This document shows positions 13,587 through 26,052 of a stretch of 64,000 bases of DNA, in pieces. Location: the NCBI RefSeq assembly GCF_018350175.1, contig NC_058368.1, forward strand, positions 235,850,001-235,914,000, in the 5' to 3' direction. How positions within the stretch are numbered: position 1 is the stretch's first letter; the number at the start of each line of letters is the position of its first letter. The DNA comes from Felis catus. Lineage: Eukaryota. A program made the position numbers and the translations under genes. The notes beneath the pieces were generated by a model, which saw only the letters and a program-made list of their open reading frames with translations, made no database searches and was not told the origin of the DNA.

Positions 13587-16500
13587 CTGACTCACTGGAG
13601 AAGTTTCGGAGACGTCTGTAGCAGCCTCTGGAGGCCATGTGTGGCTGTTACTGGCTCCTGGTGCCACCTGTTTTCTAGCTTAATCCTGTAGACCCTCCAG
13701 ACAAGGGGGGCTTGCTTTACGGAGTGCCAACATAGCCCAGATCGTTTCATAGGAACTTAGTGTGATGGGTATGGATGATGGAAGGGAGATTTTGATGTCT
13801 GTCTCCATAATTGCTCTCCAAAAAGACTACATCCCAATTGTTGTGTGAGGAAGGGCATTTCACGTATGTTCCTCAGACAGGAAAACCATCTTTTGAGCTC
13901 CTTTATCTATTTTTTTGAAAACAACAACAACAACAACAACAACGACAACTCTGGTTATTACAATGTCATTTACTTACTTTCTCTTTATCTTTGAAAACGT
14001 AAATTAAAAAACACAGACGCAAAGTGCATTTTTAAAACTGAATTCTGTCTTGCAACGTTTCTGACAGAAACAGAATGTACGCTGACCCTGTTCGTGGACT
14101 CTGCTATGTTTCCCTGACTCCGAAAGTGATGGGAAGCCCTCTTAGAAGTGCTTTTATCCGTCTCGTCCTTTGAACCCAGGGTCTGCGTTTGGTACGCGTT
14201 CTAGCCCGTGTCTCAGAACGTACACGGTGCTTTTGGACCCGGGGTTGTGGCTGACGGGGTGTGTGGAGGTTGCCTGGTGGTGGAATCTCAGGCTTTGCCA
14301 CCTGATCGTCTCCCAAGTACAAGAGCAAGTGGAGTGTGCAGCTGCTACAGCCACTTCTAGTCTAGTCTCCGTTCCGGCACTTTCCAGAAGACGAAAGCAG
14401 GGAGAAGGTAAGGGATTAGAACCGCGCTGCTCAGCCAATAATAACAACTTAAGCACAGAATCAGATGTGAGAGTGTCTTGGAAAGCTTGAAGGAAAACAG
14501 CCCCTTCATAGAAATCAAATTGACAGCTACATTTTCTACCTTTGATCTCAAGTAGGTGGTTTAACCTCCTGGTAATAAGAACATTTTTTTTTAAGCAAAG
14601 GATTTTTTTTTTGCATCTTCCTATTTTTGCTTAATCACTCCTCATTTCAAGAGCCTTATGTTCAGACACTCTGTCTTATTTATTTTTGTGCACTGCTCAG
14701 ATCCACTTTGTGATGGATAGATAGAGAAGCAGAGTGAGTGCTTAAAAATATAATGGGTACTCAGAAATGGGAAAAAAAGAAGACAAAAAGGAAGGGAAAA
14801 GAATAGGAGGGTGAAGGAAGGGAGAGAGGAAGGGACAAAAAGAGAAAAATGTTGTCTATTCCATAATTACAAACAATTCTCTGGATTGTTCTTAATACTT
14901 ATCAAATCGCAACTACTCCTTCTTATTAAATGATATCTTTTAACACGTTTAACGACCAGAGAGACTCTTCACAATAAAGCATTTCAAAATGTATGAAGAA
15001 ATGCCAATTTAGTGAAGTGAATGATTACTAAAATAAAAACATAAACATAGGCAAGTAGTAAGCAGTTACTTTTTTCTTTTCGCAAACATTGTAGAGTAGA
15101 AGGGCTTTTAAAAATACCTACGTTAATGTTGATGGACAAAATAAAACTTGTGAATACTCATTTTATCATTATCAGGATTAGGTGCTTATGTTTAGTAATT
15201 CTTAAGTCCGTTTAGTGTATTATTATATAATACTATTATTAATTACTATTGAGTTATTTTTATCTCATTTTTATTAAATCACTCTCTCATTTTGGCCCAG
15301 GGATTAGGACAATGTAGGATATATTTTGATTTGCTCCAAAACACACAGAAATCCGTAATAGGGAAGGGTTCTCTGAGACCCGAAAGGCACGGCATTTGAG
15401 GATGTGGAAATACTTAGTAAATTTAGACAGGATCTATCAGTAGGCCCGGCAATCAAGATGCCTCCCGCAGAATCAGGCATTTCAGGGTTTGAGAAGCCGG
15501 CACCACCATGAAATTGGTTAATAGCACTACCTGATAAGCTGAGTATAAAAACGTCCGTGTAATATATAATGGGGTCTTTTTTTCTCTTCCGTTGGTATAT
15601 ATTTGAAAACCTTTAAAAATACTCTAGAAAAAAAAAAGGATGTTACATTCTTCACCATTTGCTTTAAAAAGGATTTTCCACTCGTTCGTCTCTAGAAGGT
15701 CATCTTTGAGATGTACAAGCCAGCCCTTCATTAGGCCCCCTCTTGCATTCATATTTAACTTTCTTTCATTCGGTGGCCTTTATTAGCTGAGCTCCTGCGG
15801 CTTGTAGCACACTTTCAACAGCAACACTGGGAGGATGTAAATGCAGAATAATGTATCAGGACTCAAATTTGCATGGTCAAATGTCAAAAAAATTAGGCCT
15901 TCCCCAGAACCATGTCAAGAGAAATAACATAAGTGGGCAAACCCAACAGCAGGCACGCCATTATCATTTAGCACAAGCTGTCATCCCTGCCAGTGCATAG
16001 AAGCTGTGGTCATTAGCTGGAACTCTGCCGGGGGACGTTGCAATTCTTCCTTTCCCTTTTTTTTTTTAAAAAAAAAGATTTTATTTTTTTCCCATCATCT
16101 GACAGTATTTCACAGAACACCGCAATGCGATGTTGCCTCCCTGACAGGAAAGTCAAGAGATGGGGAGGGGGGGGTGGTGCCTCTGGAGCAGGGGAGCGTA
16201 GGGGCGAGGGACCCAGGCTCGTCCACTGTCAGCTGGAGGGTGAGGGAGCGGCATTACCTATTGGATAAATACTCATTAAGAGTAATCACTTTATTTCAGC
16301 TCTGTAATGACATTAACAAGCTTGGAATACAGGGAATTACATGAGTCAGAACAAATAATTGAATATTCTGCTGCAGAGGGAACAGAGCCCGCGTCTGCCT
16401 TCATGTCAGGCCGGTTCTGAAGCTAGCGCAAGCATGCAATTAGATAATAAGCTTAAACAGCATTAAATTGGCGCCGCTCCTGCCGCCACGGAGAAAAAGG

Positions 16501-16962
16501 AAGTATTAATTGTTCAACTCTCACCTGCTTGTAATTTCATGCCACGCAGATACTAGCAAGGCTGTGCTATTTCTATTTAAACGGACGTACACACAGGACT
16601 GAAACAAACCAATAAAAATGGGACGTAAAGAGGGTTTGAGGAAGGATGTAGGAAACGGAAAGAGAGTGAGAGCAGCTGCTGCTGAGGAGCCAGGGGAAGG
16701 CGGGGCTGGGCTCTCCTCTGGGGGAAAAATAAGAGAGGGGGGCAACTTTGGCTAGATTTTTAAATGTGATGATATGAGTACGTGTCCTGGGTGTTTCTCT
16801 CTCTCTCTCTCTCTTTTTTTTTTTTTTTTGGCGGTATTGTAGCAGCAGTTTTCTCTCAAAGCTGCTCTCAAATCTCCTGAATGTGTGCCCTGCAGAGGGA
16901 TCCCCGCAGTCCGGTTGGGTATAATTAGCTCGGCTAAGCAGACAGGTGTGGATGATAAAATA

Positions 16963-17112
16963 GCTATAGATACAGATGTGGGTACAAATGCGGATACAGA
17001 CATGGGGACACACAGGGATACAGATGGAGACACAGGTATCCATACACATACAGGAACAGGTGGAGGCACAGACACAGGTACACATAGGGATGCGGATACG
17101 GACGTAGGTGGA
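16963..17112. repeat. Degenerate 6-bp tandem repeat (GATACA-like, 25 units in register)
   Basis: Units gataca/ggtaca/gacaca/gatgcg etc. keep a 6-nt period without indels. Confidence 0.85.
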
Positions 17113-18211
17113 TTCAAATGCAGCTATAGACTTGGGCGTATACACAGGTACAGGTGCAATTAATGTGGGTACGTCATTCATCACAGACAACGTTGTATGC
17201 AAGCAAAGCTTTCAAACACAACATATGCTTCTGTGTTGTGGCAGACAGGGGAAGATTTTGGAAAGCTGGTAAAGAGCACGAGTCCCTCTCTTCACTCGTT
17301 TAATTTATTAGCAAGTCAGAGCCCGGCAGGAAGAGACAGTTGCATTTTTGACACCCCATCCCAGTGCCACACAGAGGGATCGTTTGGTGTCCTCGACGGT
17401 CGGAAGCGTGAGTCAACCCGATGGGATGCAGCGAATCACACGAGCTGTTGGAGAAAGCCGGGGAGCCACCCCACGTCGCGGCGTGCTCTGGTCTCCACGC
17501 ACAGAGGACGGTGGCTTCTCTCCCCTGGAGCAGCGCCGAAGTCAGAGCAGCCCGAGACCAGACGTGAGAGCCGGGGTGCTCTAGGGATGGCAATTTGGGA
17601 GCCGTCAGTTGAGAGCTGGTTCCGACCATAACTCCAAATCCGTGTGGTTATTCAGACGAGCCAATCAGCACTGGATATTTGATAAGCAAACTCAATAATC
17701 ATTTATAATCCTGACAGGTTAAGGGTCTCCAAGGCAAACCTTAATGTACACAATGGGTTTGAAAATAAGAGAAAACAAATAAAGAAATCTCTATATTCCT
17801 GAGCAAATGTCTTTTCTTTCTCTGGTCCTACAGTCTTCCAATCAGAGATTTGCTTTATCATCCCTGTCCTCTCAGGACACATAAAACCATTTTCGATCTA
17901 TTTTTCTAAGTAGACCACCATCCAGCTTTTATCTCAGTATATGTCTGTGATTCATGTGGGTGTTTGAAAGTTATTCTTTAATAAAGACAGGGGGGAGAGG
18001 GAAACCAGAGCTAACCTGAGGACACTTTAGAATGTGTCAATAAATTTAAGATTGAGAACTGAACTAGAAATTTGAGTGTTTATCACATCTGTCCTATAAA
18101 ATAACTTGAAATTGTGAGAAGAAAGATGATCCACTAGCCCAATCTTTTGGAAGAATTAACCTCTAGCATATTGCATCGCTCACAGTGGGTACCTAATTTG
18201 TCCTAAAAAAA

Positions 18212-18302
18212 AATATATATATATATATACACATATATACACATGTGTATATATCTATATATGTATATATGTGTGTATATATATAGATATATACACATAT
18301 GT

Positions 18303-18356
<54 letters not shown>
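18212..18356. repeat. (TA)n-rich microsatellite
   Basis: Directly visible. Confidence 0.97.
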
Positions 18357-18358
<2 letters not shown>

Positions 18359-18413
18359 AGGCAAAGGACAGTCTTCAAGTAGAGAACTGAAATTAAAATT
18401 AGCAGCAGCAGAA

Positions 18414-18467
18414 ATCCTTCCTTCCTTCCTTCCTTCCTTCCTTCCTTCCTTCCTTCCTTCCTTCCTT
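18414..18467. repeat. (TTCC)n microsatellite
   Basis: Directly visible. Confidence 0.97.
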
Positions 18468-18794
18468 ATTTTTCCTCTCTCTCCCTCCCTTTTTCCTCCT
18501 GCTCTCTTTCTCCCTCTCATTATACAATGACTCTAGTTCCAGTCCAGTTACAATGACAGTCACCTACAGGGGACCTTAGCTTACATACAATGTGTACTAA
18601 TCATATGAAGAACTGTGTTAATTACCGTGTAGTCCAGAGGAATGTGCGTATTTGTTGATTATTTCGTAGGAGACATCTTCAAGTACGTCCATTTCTGTTG
18701 GGTCTATAAGGTGCACGGGACAAGGATAAAAACAAAATCAAGAGCTACGTTACAGAAAGAATTATCCAGAATGAATCCGCAGAACGAAGTTTTT

Positions 18795-18900
18795 TATTTA
18801 TTCCACCAATCAATATTGATTGATCACCTTCTATGTACCAGGCACTCTGTGGTTGTCATAAAGCACATCAAACTTCCTCGAGGAATTTTATGCCCTCGGA
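18795..18900 (-). mobile_element. L2 3' end
   Basis: ATATTGATTGATCACCTTCTATGTACCAGGCACT, the antisense L2 terminus. Confidence 0.7.
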
Positions 18901-21074
18901 GGAGCCAGGCATGCACAATGATACACATAACATGGTATTCACTCTAACGTTTCTTTTTCAAAGGAATTCTTTGAAAGGAGCATGCTTGTCAAGATGAAAT
19001 CAAGAGAGACATGACTTTCGGCAGCAAAGTCCTATGGGAGAGGCAGCAGACGAATGCCATGAGGCAATGGGACGAGAAAAATGGAACAAGAGAGAAGCAA
19101 AAGGTCAAGTGTCCCCCAAGTGACCCTTGCCCATGACCATCTCACTTAACATCCGGACTCCAGATGTTCCGTAGATTTATTAAACTCCACGTGTACTGGA
19201 GAAGTGGAGGCTGGAGCATCCTGCCGTTACTTTTTTATCGGCACACAGCAAATAACAGCATTCTGCATAGACGTAGAAACTTGGGAGAGAAAGGGTGTCT
19301 CTGCACTGGGGACTTTCAGGAAGGTGGAGAAGGCTTGTCTGATTCTGCAGAAGAATTGCAGAACCCAGCATGGGGTGATCCTCGTTAAAACTTTTTTTAA
19401 GCCCTGAGTCTTGGAAAGAGGTCAACTGGGATTGCTTATTTCATGCAGATAGGGTAGGTTGTGCAAAACCACGGAGACATAAGAGAATGTGTCTTCGTTA
19501 TGGTGAGGAACTGGGATGGTAACTTTTCCTGAAGATGATGAGAATCCATGATGGGATTAGAGTGAGGCGTGGGGGTGAAGGGCTCGCCTTGGTTTCATTA
19601 TCATACAGCAGAGATCGCAATGTAGAGAGACCGCAGGAAGTGAGGTCAGGGCAATAACACCACGAAGCAAAGTATTCTAATAGCTTTTGGGGATTTGGCT
19701 CTATTCACCAAAAGAAAGCTTTTCAAGCAGAGCTGTGCGCTATCTTTCGACACTTGCCCCATCTTTAAAGGGAATGTTGTCAACGTTTTGCCAATACAAA
19801 CGATAGACCTGCATTATGGTAGACACCTGAAGCGGTGAGAATTCGGTGTGGCTCTCAGTGACAGAAGACACAAAATAATAGTGATTTTGATAAAAAGATA
19901 AGTTTAATTCTTTCACATGAGAAAGGGGTTTGGAGGTGGACATCCCAGAGATCCACGATTTGGGGGAAGTAAGGTGCATTCTGCCTCCTGAGGTTTTGTA
20001 CTCCTCCTTTAGGCTGAGGCATATTTTCCAGTAGATATCAACAGATTGAACCGAAACTAGATATGTTTAATGAAACCAGGAAGCTCCCAGATAAAATGCA
20101 AATCCACGTCAATCTTCTCAAAACACTTAATAAGAACAGTATGATGACAGCACAGTTCAGCAAAGCCTCAGAACGGCCTCATGGTCTATTTTGGATGTTC
20201 TCTGTGCTGCCTCCTTGGCCAGATATGGAGCCAGCGCGGGGTTTGGAAGCCAAGCCCCATGGAGCTGGATCTCATCACAAGTCATGATGTAAGCTTTGCT
20301 CAAGGAGCAAAGTCATAGCCAACATTTTCAACTGGCACGCTGTGCGTTCTTTAAACATTTATAGTGGGAAGTGAAAAGTAATGCTCTTAACTGAAAATGG
20401 GCCAGGGAACGATAGCCATGGTCAGTTCGAGCCTGACAGCGACACATTGGTGTCATGTCAGGGTACCTGGGCTGTGGCTGCTGACTCTGGTCCAATGGAC
20501 TTATTTCCATCTCTGCGGAATAGAGGTTGCCTCCATTCATATTCAAACGTAGTGTGTTTTCGTGACTTGCTAGCCGTGACTTCGGGCAAAAATGGCAAGG
20601 TGGGACTTAAATTCTTTGTCTACATATTTGTCCAAACGGTAAATATGTTTGCTGACCTGACCCCAGTGTCTGTGGTCCTTAGTCCCAACCTACCAAGTGT
20701 GAAATCCAGGGAGCCTCGTGGGTTGATGGGGGTGTTTTTTTTTTTCCTTTTTATCTTTTTTTGCATGGATTGAGGGATTATTTTTTCTCTTGATGTGAGT
20801 TATATTAATCTTCTAATATGAACTCTGAGGCAAAACAATTGAAGGTGAGATATAAAAGAGCGCTTTTTCTTAGATAATATGATTGTCTTCATGGAATTCT
20901 TCATTTTCATGGAAAATGCAGAAAAATCTGGAGGTAACGGTAAGAATTAATTGGAGAGCTCAGAAAATTGTTGGATATAATATCAATAAAGAAAAAATCA
21001 ATAATGCTCTTAAATATAAGCAACAACCAGTTGCAAAATGTAGTTTTCAAAATCCCACCCGAAATAGCAACAAC

Positions 21075-21123
<49 letters not shown>
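21075..21123. repeat. (TA)n(CA)n microsatellite
   Basis: Directly visible. Confidence 0.95.
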
Positions 21124-21151
21124 CACTCAAATATGTAAGAGCTTCATTCTA

Positions 21152-21374
21152 AAAATTTCTTTTTCAACGTTTTTTATTTATTTTTGGGACAGAGAGAGAC
21201 AGAGCATGAACGGGGGAGGGGCAGAGAGAGAGAGACGGAGACACAGAATTGGAAACAGGCTCCAGGCTCCGAGCTCTCAGCCCAGAGCCTGACACGGGTC
21301 TCGAACTCAGGGACCGCGAGATCGTGACCTGGCTGAAGTCGGACGCTTAACCGACTGCACCACCCAGGCACCCC
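21152..21374 (-). mobile_element. Young SINEC_Fc-type CanSINE
   Basis: Perfect 18-bp TSD TGTAAGAGCTTCATTCTA (21134-21151, 21375-21392); diagnostic CTTCAGCCAGGTCACGATCTCGCGG in the SINE sense. Confidence 0.98.
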
Positions 21375-23439
21375 TGTAAGAGCTTCATTCTAGAGCCTAT
21401 GAAACTTTATTGAAAGACATAAAAGAAGACAAATCAATAGACATCCCAAATTGATGGAGGGGGCAAGCACATCATTTTTTTCTCTAATTTGTATCATACA
21501 TGTAATTACATTTACATCAAATGCTTCGTATTTTTCTACAAAACTAGATAGTTTCATCCTTACTTTTAGTAATAGCCTAAGAGTGGCCAAGAGAGTTCTG
21601 AGGAATCATAAAGGGACGATCTCACCTTATCAAACAGCAAGAATAATGATAATGCTGTGATATTTAATGTCATGTAGGAACTGAGATGAACAAATGAACC
21701 AATCGGACAGGGTAGAAGGTACAGAAACAGAAACACAAACACACACTTGTATGTTCATGTAGGAAAGGAACACATGGCAGATAGGTCCCTGAAAACCAGT
21801 GGGATAATTGGCTATCCACATGGAAAATTAAATTAATTGAGTTACAGATAGATTAGAGACCTAAATGAGCAAAACAAAACTTCAAGTTGCTTTGGGAGAT
21901 ACAGTGTGCCCTCTGTGTGTGCCTGGGTTTTTTTTTTTTTTTCTATAAAGCATAAAAAAGAGGCAAGTGGGGAAAAATAACCATAACATTCACTGCATTA
22001 AAATAAGATGAAGGCTTTCTGTATAACAAATGTTCACTCTGAACTGAGCACTCTGAAAAGTCACAGATGAGTGGTGGACTAGGGAAAGGGCATGCCAATG
22101 ATGTAACCTATGACAGACAAAAATAAGCTTCCCTCACAGGTAGCATTCCCATAATGCAATGTTTATAAGAACTCAGTGGAAACATTGACAACCTGGAACC
22201 GGGAATTTGCAGGAAACAAAACCTGAAAGGCCCAGGGGGAATGGACCCCCCTCTTATTAGAGTATCATTCAGAAGAATTTCACTGCTCTAAAAATCCCTT
22301 GTGAATCACCTATTCGTCCCAACCCACAACCCCAAACCGTGGCCACTTGTGCTCTGCTTAAAATTGAGTTACAGTTTTGCCCTTTCTGGAATTTCACATA
22401 GTCTGAATCACATAGTGTAACCTTTTCAGTATGGCTTCTTCCACTTGGCAATATGCACTTAAGGGGCGTACATGTTTTTTTCCTGGCTTGACAGCCCATT
22501 TCGTCTTATTGCTGAATAATGTCACATTGTAAGGATTATCCCAGTTTATTTCTCCATTCACTGATTGAAGGATACCTTGGTGGCTTCCACGTTTTGGAGA
22601 TTATGTTGCTACAAAACTTTTGCAGGTGTTGTGCATATGGAAATTTCTAGCTCCGTTGGGTAAACACCTAGGAACGCGACTGCTTAAAGACATGGTAGGA
22701 CTACATTTAGCTTTAGCAGAAACTATAAAACTGTTTCCAAGATGGAAAACCATGTTACATTATTTTATAAATGGTGAATGAGAGTTCTAACCACTCTGCC
22801 TCCTTGTTGGCAATTGTTATTGTCAATTTTGTTTTGCCAGTTTCGTTTTGTTTGATTCTAGTCATTTTAATAGGTGTGCAATGGCAGCTCATCATTGGTT
22901 TAATTTTCACTTCCTTAATGACATCTGAGGTTGAAGGTCTTTTCATATGCTTGCCTGCCATATGTATGTCTTCTTGGGCAAGATATCTCTTCAGATCTTT
23001 TGCACACTTTTAATTGGATTGTTGGTCTTCTTATTGTTGAGTTGAAGAGTTCTTTGTATATTTTGGACAGAATTCTTCATCAAATATGGATTTTGCACAT
23101 ATTTTTCCCCAGCCTGTGTATTAGTTTCTCAATCTCCTAACAGTTAAGTTTCACAGAGCAGAACGTTTCCGTTTTTCCTTTCACGGACCCATGGTTTTGA
23201 TCCTGTGTCTAAACACCCAGTGTCTCACCAAAGGCCAACTAGATTTTCTCCTATGTCTGCTTCTGGGAGTGTTGCAGCTTTTCATTTTATGTTTAAGTCT
23301 ATGATGCATCTTGAGTTAAATTTTATGAAAACTGCAAGTTCTGTGACAACTCTTTTTTTCTTTTTCTGTTTTGTTTTGTTTCGTTTTGTTTTGTATATGG
23401 ATGTCCAATTTTCTGGCACCATTTTTTAGAAAGACTGTT

Positions 23440-23898
23440 ACTTTTTCTTTTAAGTTTATGTATTTGTTTGGAGAGAGAGAGAGGGAGAGAGAATGAGCAG
23501 GGGAGGGGCAGAGAGAGAGGGAGAGAGAGATAATCTCAAGCAGGCTCCATGCTGTCAGCACAGAGCCCCAACACAAGGCTTGAACTCATGAACCATGAGA
23601 TCATGATCTGAGCTGAGATCAAGAGTCAGATGCTGGGGCGCCTGGGTGGCGCAGTCGGTTAAGTCTCCGACTTCAGCCAGGTCACGATCTCGCGGTCCGT
23701 GAGTTTGAGCCCCGCGTCGGGCTCTGGGCTGATGGCTCAGAGCCTGGAGCCTGTTTCCGATTCTGTGTCTCCCTCTCTCTCTGCCCCTCCCCCGTTCATG
23801 CTCTGTCTCTCTCTGTCCGAAAAATAAATAAACGTTGAAAAAAAATTAAAAAAAAAAAAGAGTCAGATGCTTAACAGACTGAGCCTCCCAGGCGCCCC
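23440..23898 (-). mobile_element. Older CanSINE split by a younger SINE
   Basis: Antisense SINE tail and body 23440-23634, resuming 23872-23898 (TTAACAGACTGAGCCTCCCAGGCGCCCC); flanked by AGAAAGACT. Confidence 0.93.
23635..23857 (+). mobile_element. Young SINEC_Fc inserted inside the older SINE
   Basis: Perfect 14-bp TSD AAGAGTCAGATGCT (23621-23634, 23858-23871). Confidence 0.98.
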
Positions 23899-23907
23899 AG
23901 AAAGACT

Positions 23908-24330
23908 TGCATTCCTACCAACAGTGCACAGGGTTCCCTTTTCTCCACACCTTTGCCAACACCTGTTATTTTTTATGTTTTTGATTTTAGTCATTCTGGC
24001 AAATGTAAAGCGATATTTCTTTATGGTTTTAATTTGCATTTTCCTGATGATTACTGATGCTGAGAATCTTTTCACGTTGCTCATCTGAATGTCTTCTTTA
24101 GAAAAATATCTATTTGGATCTTCTGCCCATTTTTATTTATTTATTTAATTATGCATTTATGTATTTATGCATTTATGCATTTATTTTTAGTGTTGAGTCC
24201 TATAAGTTCTTTATATAGTTTGGATAGTCACTCCTTCTTGGATGCCTTGCTTGCAAATATCTTCTCCCATTCAGTAGGTTGCCTTTTTGTTTTGTTGATA
24301 ATTTCCTTCACTGTTAAGTTTAGGTCTTTG
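23908..24330 (-). mobile_element. Younger L1 ORF2 C-terminal fragment
   Basis: TGCATTCCTACCAACAGTGCACAGGGTTCCCTTTTCTCCACA...; ORF 23863-24084 has IIRKMQIKTIKKYRFT...NNRCWQRCGEKGTLCTVG (L1 ORF2 Cys-rich region). Confidence 0.88.
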
Positions 24331-24895
24331 ATTTTCTTTGATTTCATGAATACGATTTTTGTGCCTTTCTAAATGTAAATTCTGTACACATTTTATTAGG
24401 ATGCATGTGTACATGTTATATTTTTGTGGTGATAATGTGAATTGTATTGTCATTGGGTTTTAACTTCCAATTGTTTATTGTTGGTACATAGGAAAGCAAT
24501 CGAGTTTTGTATGTTAATCTGGTATCTTGCAGCTCTAATGATAATTACTTATTATTACCAGGAGGTTTGTTGTTGTTGCAAATGTTGACTTTCTGGGATT
24601 GTCTGCATAAACACAGGCAGAACAAAAAGTTTTATTCCTTTTCAGTCTGTGTATCTTTTATTTTCTTTTCCTTATTGAATTAGTTAGAGGTTGTAGTACG
24701 ATGTTGAGTAGAAATGGCCAGAGGGGACATCTTGCCTTGTTCCTGATCTTAAGAGAAAATCATCTAGTTGCTTCTCATTAAGTATGATGTAAGCTAGGTG
24801 TTTTTGTTTGTTTGTTTTTGAGTGTTCCTTACCATGTTGGGAAAATTTCCCTCTGTTTATATTTTCCTGAGAGTGTTTATCAAGAATGGGTGTTG

Positions 24896-26052
24896 TATAT
24901 TTAATTCTTTGAGGAACCTCCATACTCTTTTCCAGAGTGGCTACACCAGTTTGCATTCCCACCAACAATGCAAGAGGGTTTCCCTTTCGCCACATCCTCA
25001 TCAACATCTGTTGTTTCCTGAGTTCTTTATTTTAGCCACTCTGACAGGTGGGAGGTGGTATCTCACTGTGGTTTTGATTTGTGTTTCCCTGATGATGAGT
25101 GGTGTTGAGCATCTTTTCATTCATCTATTAGCCATTTGGATGTCATCTTTGGAAAAATGTCTATTCGTGTCTTCTGCCCATTTAGTCACTGGATTATTTG
25201 GGGGGGTTTTTTGAGTGTTGAGTTTGATAAGTTCTTTATAGATTTTGGATACTAACACTTTACCCAATAAGTCATTTGCAAATATTGTCTCACGTTCCAT
25301 TGGTTGCTTTTCAGTTTTGTTGTTTCATTCACTGTGCAAACGCTGTTTATCTTGATGAGGTCCCAATAGTTCGTTTTTGCTTTTGTTTCTCTTGGCTTCA
25401 GAGACATGTCTAGCAAGAAGTTGCTGCAGCTGAGGTCAAAGAGGTTGCTACCTGTTTTCTCCTGCAATTGTGCTACTAGGTATTTATCTAAAAGATAAAA
25501 AAAATGCTGATTCAAAGGCATACATGCATCCCAATGTTTGTATCAGTGTTATCAACAATAGCCAAATTATGAGAAGACACCAAATTTCTATTGACTGATG
25601 AATGGATAAAGAAGATGTGGTAAATATATACAATGGAATACTACTTGGCGATCAAAAAGGATGAAATCTTGCCATTTGCGACAACGTAGATGGAACTAGA
25701 GTGTATTATGCTAAGTGAAATAAGTCAGTCAGAGAAAAGACAAATATATGATTTTACTTACATGTGGAATTTAAGAAACAAAACAGATGAACATAAGGGA
25801 AGGAAGGGAAAAATAAGATATAAATAAGGAAGCAAACTATAAGGAACTCTTAAATACAGAGAACAAACAGGGTTGCTGGAAGGGAGGTGGGTGGGGGGAT
25901 GGACTAAATGGGTGATGGACATTAAGGAGGCCACTTGTTGGGATGAGCACTGGGTTTTATACGTAAGTTATAAATAACTTAGTTCTACTTGGGAAGCCAA
26001 GACTACATTTTAAGTTAACTAACTTGAATTTAAGTGAATGAATTAAAAATAA
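24896..26052 (+). mobile_element. Carnivore L1, 5'-truncated with 5' inversion (twin priming)
   Basis: Antisense segment 24896-25463, sense segment 25464-26052 with 3'UTR and A tail; TSD AAGAATGGGTGTTG / AAGAATAGGTGTTG. Confidence 0.93.

Larger units (their letters stand above)
20830..22255 (+). mobile_element. Old L1M ORF2 fragment (RT 3' part to C-terminus), interrupted by a microsatellite and a SINE
   Basis: GATAATATGATTGTCT (DDMIV-like), GGATATAATATCAATAAAGAAAAATCAAT, TTATTGAAAGACATAAAAGAAGAC, TTGGCTATCCACATGGAAAA. Confidence 0.8.

Noticed and set aside
14380..14412. Possible micro-exon (TTCCAG...GAAG|GTAAGG)
   Set aside because: Good donor but weak pyrimidine tract and no partner exons; unsupported.
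16573..17202. Longest ORF (209 aa, Cys-rich)
   Set aside because: Open only because it crosses the degenerate hexamer array and a CT/T run; no domain similarity or splice support.
17197..17631. 144-aa ORF in the CpG-rich patch
   Set aside because: No recognisable protein; stop-poor because of high GC.
18193..18530. YIYI/RKEG-type ORFs
   Set aside because: Microsatellite artefacts; resemblance to the 259-698 ORFs reflects independent simple repeats, not a duplication.
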